Of a DNA stretch of 64,000 nt, positions 56,748 to 64,000 are shown piece after piece (the first letter of the stretch is position 1; each line of letters opens with the position of its first letter). The stretch spans positions 43,557-107,556 of the forward strand of contig JBFWOZ010000004.1 of NCBI GenBank assembly GCA_050250255.1, in the 5' to 3' direction. The notes under the pieces are model-generated. The model was not told the DNA's origin, did not search any database, and worked only from the letters and a program-made list of their open reading frames with translations. The position numbers and the translations under genes are program-made. Source of the stretch: Bdellovibrionales bacterium. GTDB lineage: Bacteria > Bdellovibrionota > Bdellovibrionia > Bdellovibrionales > DASUEL01.

Positions 56748-58001
56748 ATGGTGAACATAGATGACGTTCTGACGAAAGCGGTAGCACTCGGCGCAAGCGA
56801 TATTCATCTCAAAGCCGGCCTCGCACCCATCATTCGTAAAAACGGCCAACTCATGCCCCTTGAAAGCGTCACCGATATCTGCGATCCCACAGACTTAAAA
56901 GACATTTTTTTCCTTATGACCACGGCTCAACAGAGGGCTCATTTTGAAAAGTTTCGAGAACTTGATTTGAGCTATGGAGTGACAGGCCTTGGGCGCTTTC
57001 GCGTGAGCGTTCTCCAACAACGGGGCTCGATTCGAATTGTGATTCGTCACTTGTCGCACAACATTCCTGCTCTCGAAGAACTCCATCTTCCTCCTGTATT
57101 AAAGAAAATTGCAGAGTATGAACGTGGATTGGTTCTTGTAGCTGGGGTCACAGGTTCTGGGAAATCCACCACCTTGGCCTCTATGGTGGATTACATCAAT
57201 CGCAATCACAGCAAGCATATAATTACTTTAGAAGATCCCATTGAATATGCGCTTAAAGATCGTAAAAGCTTAATTACCCAAAGAGAGTTGGGCTCCGATA
57301 CGAACTCCTTTTCTTCTGCCTTAAGAGCAGCACTCCGACAGGATCCTGATGTGATTCTCATTGGAGAAATGAGAGATCTCGAGACAATCAACATCGCACT
57401 TCTCGCAGCAGAAACGGGACATCTTGTTCTTTCCACTCTTCATACAACAGATGCCACCGAGACCATTAACCGTATTCTCGCGGCCTACCCACCCTTACAG
57501 CAAACTCAAATTCGTTTACAATTAGCAACATCTCTTAAAGCCGTGGTTTGCCAACGCCTCGCTCAACGAGCCGATGGTGAAGGCCGTGTTCCTGCGGTGG
57601 AAATCATGGTGAACACGCCTCGCACGGCAGAAATGATCAGCGAGCCCTCGAAAACAAAAAATCTCATCAATGCGATTGAAGAAGGTTTTGAGCCTTACGG
57701 GATGCAATCTTATGATCAATCTTTAATGAAGCTTGTTACCGAAAAAATAATTAGCCAGTCAGAAGCAACGAAGCTTTCTACTCATCCTGAGAACTTCACT
57801 CTTCGCATGAAGGGTATTACTTCTATGGATGGGAAGAAGTGGAACAAATTCGATGTTGGGGGCAGGGCCAATACTGCCGAAACCATTGAGAGCGCCAAAA
57901 TCGAGCTTGATTTAGAGATCGAAAAGAATGACAAATCTGAGAAGATAGATGGACAAAAAGCATCGTACTTCTCCAAACTCAAAAAGATCAAGTCCTCCTG
58001 A
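56748..58001 (+). CDS. pilT: PilT/PilU-family type IV pilus retraction ATPase
   Basis: ASDIHL, GVTGSGKSTT, TLEDPIE, ALRQDPDVILIGEMRD, AETGHLV.STLH and GMQ. Confidence 0.9.
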   Translation: MVNIDDVLTKAVALGASDIHLKAGLAPIIRKNGQLMPLESVTDICDPTDLKDIFFLMTTAQQRAHFEKFRELDLSYGVTGLGRFRVSVLQQRGSIRIVIRHLSHNIPALEELHLPPVLKKIAEYERGLVLVAGVTGSGKSTTLASMVDYINRNHSKHIITLEDPIEYALKDRKSLITQRELGSDTNSFSSALRAALRQDPDVILIGEMRDLETINIALLAAETGHLVLSTLHTTDATETINRILAAYPPLQQTQIRLQLATSLKAVVCQRLAQRADGEGRVPAVEIMVNTPRTAEMISEPSKTKNLINAIEEGFEPYGMQSYDQSLMKLVTEKIISQSEATKLSTHPENFTLRMKGITSMDGKKWNKFDVGGRANTAETIESAKIELDLEIEKNDKSEKIDGQKASYFSKLKKIKSS

Positions 58002-58479
58002 TTTCAAAGAAAAATCAGATTCCGCAGAGCTCGCTCTTGAGCGCTGCATGCAGTATATGGCTGCCCGTGATCACAGCGAAAAAGAACTCCAGAAAAAATT
58101 AAAACGTCGATTTACTCCAGAAGCTGTCGAAAGTGCACTCGCTACCATGAAAAAACATAACTGGCTCCCCGAGCCGGAAATCCTTGCTCAGAGAGTCACA
58201 GACACCTTGCATCGTAAGAAAAAGGGCCATTTATACATCAAAAATTATCTCCAGCAGATTGGCCTCAAGGCCACTGCGAGAGATTCTGAAAAAGAGATCC
58301 AAAAAGCCCAGCAAATTTTAGAAAAAAAATTTCCTAAGGTTGAGGCTGGCTCACAATCTGATAATCTAGATTTTACGGCCCATCAAAAGCTAATTCAGAA
58401 AATGATGAGGTTTCTCAGCGCCCGAGGATTCGACAGCGAGATTGTGCGAAAGGTTGTATATGACTGGTCACGAAATTAG
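57949..58479 (+). CDS. recX: Regulatory protein RecX
   Basis: RDHSEKEL..KL, KG..YI...L...G and RFL.ARGF; upstream of alaS. Confidence 0.8.
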   Translation: MDKKHRTSPNSKRSSPPDFKEKSDSAELALERCMQYMAARDHSEKELQKKLKRRFTPEAVESALATMKKHNWLPEPEILAQRVTDTLHRKKKGHLYIKNYLQQIGLKATARDSEKEIQKAQQILEKKFPKVEAGSQSDNLDFTAHQKLIQKMMRFLSARGFDSEIVRKVVYDWSRN

Positions 58480-61126
58480 ACGAGCTTTCATTGGCTACTT
58501 TAAAAAGCATGGGCACACTGCTGTTCCCAGCAGTCGCCTCATTCCAGAAAACGACGACACACTTCTTTTCGCAAATGCGGGGATGAATCAGTTTAAAAAT
58601 ATTTTTTTGGGTCTCGAGAAGCGCGACTACAACCGGGCGGTCAGTTCCCAGAAATGTGTACGTGCTGGTGGTAAACATAACGACTTAGAAAACGTCGGTC
58701 ACACCGCTCGTCACCATACCTTTTTTGAAATGCTCGGTAACTTTTCATTTGGAGATTATTTCAAAAAAGAATCCATTCATTTTGGCTGGGAACTCCTCAC
58801 AAAAGAATTGGGAATTCCTAAAGACAAACTCTACGTCACTGTTTACACCGACGATGATGAGGCCGCAGATGTTTGGCACAAACAAGAAGGTGTCGCGAAA
58901 GATCGTATCTTTCGTTTTGAGGACGATAATTTTTGGATGATGGGTGACACGGGCCCTTGTGGACCCTGCTCAGAAATTTTTTACGATCACGGCCCTAAAG
59001 CCGGTTGTGGTAAACCGACTTGCAATGTGGGTTGCTCGTGCGATCGTTACGTAGAAATTTGGAATCACGTTTTCATGCAATTCAATCAAAGTGCAAGTGG
59101 ACGTACTCCCCTCCCTAAACCTTCGGTGGATACCGGGGCGGGCCTTGAGCGCTTGAGTGCTGTTCTTCAAGGTGTACACAACAACTACGATACGGATTTG
59201 TTCACGCCGTTGATTGAAACAGCTCTCAATAAAAATAAAAGTGTCATCACAAAAGAAAATAAAGCGGATCTCATTGCCGCTTGCCGAGTTCTGGCGGATC
59301 ACAGCCGCGCGACCGCTTTTTTGATTGCGGACGGAGCTCTTCCTTCTAACGAGGGTCGCGGCTACGTTCTACGCCGAATCATGAGACGCGCGATTCGTTA
59401 TGGCCGCAAGCTCAACGAATCAGATTCTCTGCTTTTACCCGTAGTGAAAGAAGTCATTAGCACCATGTCGAGCACTTATTCGGAATTAAAAGATCAATCT
59501 TCGCTCATCGAAAAAACCGTGAAGATGGAAGAAGAGCGTTTCTTACAAACTCTGGATCAAGGAACCGCGATTCTTAATGACGAGATGAAGAAGCTGGTAA
59601 AAGCCGGCCAAAAACAAGTGAGCGGCGAAGTTCTCTTTAAACTCTACGATACTTTTGGATTTCCAATGGATCTCACTCGCGTGATCGCTACGGAGAATTC
59701 TTTAGGAGTGGACGAAAAAGGTTTTGAAAACCTTATGGAAAAAGCTCGTCAAACAGCGAAAGCTTCCTGGAAGGGCTCCGCCATTTCGAAAAATGAAGGC
59801 CATTTGATTCAGCTCACTCAGCAAGCCAAGAAGACCGAGTTTACCGGCTACGAAGAAACTCAGACAAAAGCGTCTGCCCTCCTTCTTTCTAATGGGGAAA
59901 AAGTTGTGGATCAGTTGAAGGCGGGAGAATCAGGCTTTTTGATTGCCGACAAAACTTGTTTCTACGCTGAAAGCGGCGGTCAGATTGGTGACAGCGGCGA
60001 AGTCTCTCAAGAAAAAAGCAAAGCTCAAGTTTTAGACTGTACAAAAATCAACGATATCCACCTTCATCATGTTCGCGTAACTGAGGGTGTGTTGAGAACT
60101 GGTCCGGTCTTGTTGAAGGTCTACGACTCCACAAGAAGATCCACGGCTCGTAACCACTCAGCCACCCACCTTATGCATGCGGCTCTCAGAAAAGTGCTCG
60201 GCACTCATGTGACTCAAGCCGGAAGTTTAGTGACGGATGACCGGACCCGTTTTGACTTCACTCATACAGGCCCACTCACTAGCGACCAGATTGCAAAAAT
60301 CGAAGAACTTGTAAATCACGAAATTTCTCTCGCGCGACCGGTACAGAACGAAGTGATGGGTTATAAAGAAGCGATCGCTGCAGGAGCCATGGCTCTTTTT
60401 GGCGAAAAGTACGGGGATAGGGTGCGCGTATTAAAAATGGGAGATTTCTCAACGGAACTTTGTGGAGGAACTCACGTTCACAACACGTCGGACATTCGCC
60501 TTTTTAAAATTGTCTCGGAATCTGGAGTGAGCGCAGGTGTCCGTCGTATCGAAGCGATCACTGGCGATATGGCCTCAAAATATTTATTCCTTAATACGCA
60601 GGAAGCACTTCAGGCTCGTAAAAGCTTGGGAGCTAATGTGAGCTGGACCAAACAATTGGGACTTGAAGAAACTGAAGCTCCAAAAACCCTCGAAACCCAA
60701 GTCAATGAGCTCCAGGAGCAAATCAAAAAACTTCAAAAAGAAATCAAATCTATTAAGGGTGGCAATATTGATATCGCCTCCATTGCGCAAACGGCAAAAG
60801 AGATTGCTGGTGGGCATTTTGTTTTTGCCACACTAGATTTAGATGATCGCGAAGTTTTGAGCCAACTCACCGACAAAGTAAAAGACAAAATTCGCTCTGG
60901 TGTTGTGATCATCGTGGGCAAAGGTCAAGATTCTCATCCGATCATCGTTACGGTGACAAAAGACCTTCAAGGAAAGTTCAACGCGGGTAAATTACTTCAA
61001 GCCGTAGCGGCTGAGATGGGCGGAAAAGGTGGCGGTCGCCCTGATTTCGCTCAAGGCGCCGGCAAGGACCTGAGCAAACTCGCTCAAGCCCAAAAAGCCG
61101 CTGAAGGATTACTGGGATTGCATTGA
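58460..61126 (+). CDS. alaS: Alanine-tRNA ligase
   Basis: LLFANAGMNQFK, RHHTFFEMLGNFSFGDYFK, HSATHL, ELCGGTH and GGKGGGRPDFAQG. Confidence 0.99.
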   Translation: MTGHEIRRAFIGYFKKHGHTAVPSSRLIPENDDTLLFANAGMNQFKNIFLGLEKRDYNRAVSSQKCVRAGGKHNDLENVGHTARHHTFFEMLGNFSFGDYFKKESIHFGWELLTKELGIPKDKLYVTVYTDDDEAADVWHKQEGVAKDRIFRFEDDNFWMMGDTGPCGPCSEIFYDHGPKAGCGKPTCNVGCSCDRYVEIWNHVFMQFNQSASGRTPLPKPSVDTGAGLERLSAVLQGVHNNYDTDLFTPLIETALNKNKSVITKENKADLIAACRVLADHSRATAFLIADGALPSNEGRGYVLRRIMRRAIRYGRKLNESDSLLLPVVKEVISTMSSTYSELKDQSSLIEKTVKMEEERFLQTLDQGTAILNDEMKKLVKAGQKQVSGEVLFKLYDTFGFPMDLTRVIATENSLGVDEKGFENLMEKARQTAKASWKGSAISKNEGHLIQLTQQAKKTEFTGYEETQTKASALLLSNGEKVVDQLKAGESGFLIADKTCFYAESGGQIGDSGEVSQEKSKAQVLDCTKINDIHLHHVRVTEGVLRTGPVLLKVYDSTRRSTARNHSATHLMHAALRKVLGTHVTQAGSLVTDDRTRFDFTHTGPLTSDQIAKIEELVNHEISLARPVQNEVMGYKEAIAAGAMALFGEKYGDRVRVLKMGDFSTELCGGTHVHNTSDIRLFKIVSESGVSAGVRRIEAITGDMASKYLFLNTQEALQARKSLGANVSWTKQLGLEETEAPKTLETQVNELQEQIKKLQKEIKSIKGGNIDIASIAQTAKEIAGGHFVFATLDLDDREVLSQLTDKVKDKIRSGVVIIVGKGQDSHPIIVTVTKDLQGKFNAGKLLQAVAAEMGGKGGGRPDFAQGAGKDLSKLAQAQKAAEGLLGLH

Positions 61127-62686
61127 AGGAAGAAGTCTCTGCACGAGCGTTCTTCCGGCTTCGATTTGTCCCATGATTTGAAGAGACGCGGCGATGATCG
61201 ACTTATTAGCGCCTTCAATTCCCGGCTTTACTTGCGCATTGGCCGACTTCGAAACTTCTTTGGTAATAAAATTTGTCAGCAACTCATAATTTGGCAAATA
61301 CCTTGAGCACCACTCCACACCACTCAAATCTTTTTTGCAGGTCATATAGGGAATTTCACTTCCAAAAACAGTAATCAAATCCGAAAGCCAAATATCTTCT
61401 TTTTTTATTCTCACGACGGCCGACACTCGAGAAAGCTGTGGATCCATCTCGATAGTTTCAAACGTCGGATATTTCTTATTAAGTGCTTCATCCCAAGACA
61501 TGGCTGGTCTTTTTAAACGCAAATAAACTTTATGAATCACCAAATCTACTTTGTATTTATTGAGATTACTATTTAGCCAAGACAATTTTGGATTTTGAAG
61601 ATGAATATATCCGCGAGCCAAAAGAGCGGCATTGGCATCAGAAAAATCCATTTGTGGGTGGGGTGAGTGAGCCACGGGTTTTGCTAAATTTCCAAATTCT
61701 AATGACAGGCCTAACTCATCCTGCTTTCTAAAATCTTTTTCTAATTGAACACGCATCATTCGCGGCGCACCCCATGTGGGGATTTCGTATCGATCTTCAT
61801 TAAGAGAGACTCGATCGATGACAAGTGGGTCAGACACCATCGCTCCACCCTGCTTCTTAAGATCATAGATGAAAGAACTCATAAACCACGTTGCTGGATC
61901 TTTCGGATTTACACTTGTATCTAAAATTCCAGGGGATGGAAAATACATCGTATGTCTTAGACTACTTCGTTTCTCGTAGAGATTGGAAGCTTGTGCCATT
62001 CTGACAGAAGGACGAAAGCGCATGGGGACCAAAATCCTTTCGTGAAGTGCGAGCCGGTTTTCAAAATAAATGGGCTCTAAAGAACCTAGCGCATAAGGTA
62101 TTTGATCTTCAGGGCCGCGCGGAGCGTGATGAGGAAAACGTCTCTGAAGAGCATCGTTCATGCCGTTAAAAAGTTGTTCTTTAAAAACAGGATCGAAATC
62201 TTTTTTCTCATTAAAGGACTTCACGTTATGCTGGAACGCAGGCGCGATAAATGTGAGCCATTGCCCCAAACTTTGATCTGTCGGGTTGAGCTCAAGCTTT
62301 GGCATTCGATCGATGAGACCCTGTCTTGCCGCGGCCGCCGTTAGCCTTAAAAGACCACCTGCAGGGTATTGATTTTCTAATTCCTTCACACGATGGGTGA
62401 AATAGAGGTCAAACAGCGACATCACCCGAATAGCTTGATCCACCAAACCTTGAGCTTCCGCAGGTGCTGCAAAAAACTGATCTCCACTGCCGTTGATAGT
62501 TCCGTTGATGGTTAGTGCGTACAGAGCTGAGTTGTTATAGGTATTCACTAGGTCATAACGAAGATTACGATCTTCCGGTAAATCCAAGAAGAGCGCTCGC
62601 TGCTGAGGCCCACGGTAATCTTTTGGCAACTGAGCAAGAGCATTGTTAGCAACAAGTATCAGACTCAGCATCATTATGGATTTCAT
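61109..62686 (-). CDS. Secreted hypothetical protein
   Basis: GGAGG RBS and ATGA overlap at 62686; signal peptide ending ALA. Confidence 0.65.
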   Translation of the reverse strand: MKSIMMLSLILVANNALAQLPKDYRGPQQRALFLDLPEDRNLRYDLVNTYNNSALYALTINGTINGSGDQFFAAPAEAQGLVDQAIRVMSLFDLYFTHRVKELENQYPAGGLLRLTAAAARQGLIDRMPKLELNPTDQSLGQWLTFIAPAFQHNVKSFNEKKDFDPVFKEQLFNGMNDALQRRFPHHAPRGPEDQIPYALGSLEPIYFENRLALHERILVPMRFRPSVRMAQASNLYEKRSSLRHTMYFPSPGILDTSVNPKDPATWFMSSFIYDLKKQGGAMVSDPLVIDRVSLNEDRYEIPTWGAPRMMRVQLEKDFRKQDELGLSLEFGNLAKPVAHSPHPQMDFSDANAALLARGYIHLQNPKLSWLNSNLNKYKVDLVIHKVYLRLKRPAMSWDEALNKKYPTFETIEMDPQLSRVSAVVRIKKEDIWLSDLITVFGSEIPYMTCKKDLSGVEWCSRYLPNYELLTNFITKEVSKSANAQVKPGIEGANKSIIAASLQIMGQIEAGRTLVQRLLPSMQSQ

Positions 62687-63999
62687 TGAGCACCTCCGCC
62701 TTGGCGAGAAAGCTGATACAGCGCAAGAGTTTCTACCAGAGCCGTTAGAAAAGCTTTGCGAGGAAATGTGTGTACGTAAAATTGAGAGCTCACTTTTGGA
62801 TCTGGTCGATACACTTGTTCGAAAGCTGAATCCCAATGCGTGCCTCTTAAATCCCCGAGATCAATAAAGTCTAAGTTTTGAGGATTTTGCAAAGCGCGAA
62901 GCACTTTAAATCGAGGGATACTTCCGAGATCTTCGAGAGAGGTCTTTCCCCAATTTCGCAGCTCCATCATCAGACTCTCGATTTTTTCGGCCGGCAAAGC
63001 TTCTTTAAGCTCCCTCGCAAGAAGCTTAATTTGTTTTTCAGTTAAGCTTTGAGAAATGGGTCTGCGATCAAGATCCATGGACTTCGTATCCAGCCATGCG
63101 ACTTGAGTGTCAAACATACCACCTGCAGCCGAGGAGAACCCCAGTCTCGAAGTGATGTAGAGAAAAAAGTTATCTCGACTAAAAAGTGTGTGTTCAATTC
63201 CACCTTGAGGCAGAGGTTGCGGAATGATGGTAGGTGGACATAGTTCTTTCAAGGGAGACACGGGACAAGGGAGTAACAAGTCCTTCTTGTCTGTTATCGC
63301 ACTTAAGTTCATCACAGCCAAAGGTTGATCAAAATTAGAATCATTGAGATTGATTAAATTCCATTTGATACGTTCGTAATTTGTCAGCGCCACAACGCCA
63401 TCAAAGGCCGTGTTGAGACGAGCGGTATCTTGACTATCGATACCCATCAATCCCATTTCAGCGGCGGCTGGTCCCGCTAGAGCCTTTAAAAAAGATGTCG
63501 CCAGATTATATTCATAAGGAGAGAGCCCAAGTAATTTTTCGACGATACCAGAGAGGGCCGCAGAACCATTCTCAGCCTTGCTAATGATTTTTTGCTTCGC
63601 CTGCTCAGGCGTTTCGATATTATCGTTGGGGTGAAGCTCTTGTTCAACCTTTACAAGTTTATTGATTCCATCTTGAGCAGCAATTGAACCTTGAGTCGCC
63701 CCAGCAATGGTAATCAATGCTAATGTTCTTTGTCGTATAGAGGGGTGAAGAGCCACGAGCGCATGAGTGATGGGAGCGCCCTTGCTGTATCCTAAAAATA
63801 CTAATTTCTTATTCGCATAAGCTGGAGGTAAACCTTCTACCCATTTTTTAAGACAGAATGCGGAATCTGCATCTTTACCCATAGAGTTACCAAGTTCGTA
63901 ACCACTGGGATGCACTACATCGAGACCAATTTCGATCCCTGACTTAGGAGTATAAAATTTAACAGGAGTTTTTCCACACTCTTCAAATTCGTTCGTACC
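62683..63999 (-). CDS. Alpha/beta hydrolase (lipase-like), 5' end outside window
   Basis: GYSKG elbow, ITIAGA..GS, D.QV and THW; the frame stays open to the window edge. Confidence 0.65.
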   Translation of the reverse strand, partial: GTNEFEECGKTPVKFYTPKSGIEIGLDVVHPSGYELGNSMGKDADSAFCLKKWVEGLPPAYANKKLVFLGYSKGAPITHALVALHPSIRQRTLALITIAGATQGSIAAQDGINKLVKVEQELHPNDNIETPEQAKQKIISKAENGSAALSGIVEKLLGLSPYEYNLATSFLKALAGPAAAEMGLMGIDSQDTARLNTAFDGVVALTNYERIKWNLINLNDSNFDQPLAVMNLSAITDKKDLLLPCPVSPLKELCPPTIIPQPLPQGGIEHTLFSRDNFFLYITSRLGFSSAAGGMFDTQVAWLDTKSMDLDRRPISQSLTEKQIKLLARELKEALPAEKIESLMMELRNWGKTSLEDLGSIPRFKVLRALQNPQNLDFIDLGDLRGTHWDSAFEQVYRPDPKVSSQFYVHTFPRKAFLTALVETLALYQLSRQGGGAQ

Positions 64000-64000
64000 C

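Noticed and set aside
1..64000. CRISPR array, tRNA/rRNA, transposase or phage genes; the many 60-170 aa ORFs nested within or antisense to assigned genes
   Set aside because: No repeat-spacer periodicity, cloverleaf, rRNA signature or mobile-element motif was seen by eye; nested ORFs are shadows of well-supported genes.

Overview
A gene-dense bacterial chromosome segment, most likely from a Bdellovibrionota (predatory, delta-proteobacterium-like) organism. This is inferred from a TIGR02147/DUF4423-type regulator, many Cys-containing secreted orphans, and the flagellar and recA gene orders. Core content: speA(3' end)-speB-rsmF-like; yegD, ompA, dksA, dCMP deaminase, xth, ahpC; hldD; hppD-hmgA; a pantothenate/CoA operon (panG-like, panB, panC, coaC, coaB, coaX, panD); a flagellar rod/hook cluster (flgF-G-A-H-I-J-M-N-K-L, csrA, fliW); and arfB, recA, cinA, pgpA, a PilT-family ATPase, recX and alaS. 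There are two accessory blocks: 2.3-12.5 kb (secreted orphans including an ADP-ribosyltransferase-like protein, plus an unannotated 41-aa peptide with a sequestered RBS) and 33.4-37.2 kb. The most notable candidates are: (1) a five-gene signal-synthesis/sensing island (acyl-amino-acid-synthase-like GNAT, heme-oxygenase-like di-iron enzyme, O-methyltransferase, PAS-like protein, XRE HTH); (2) a roughly 220-nt GGA-hairpin array between flgI and flgJ resembling a CsrB/RsmZ-type CsrA sponge in a csrA-fliW locus; (3) a secreted R-S-E ADP-ribosyltransferase, a secreted atypical-kinase-like protein and a sigma28-driven divergent SelO-like protein. No rRNA, tRNA, CRISPR array or transposase was seen. 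All calls come from motif recognition by eye; no database searches were run.
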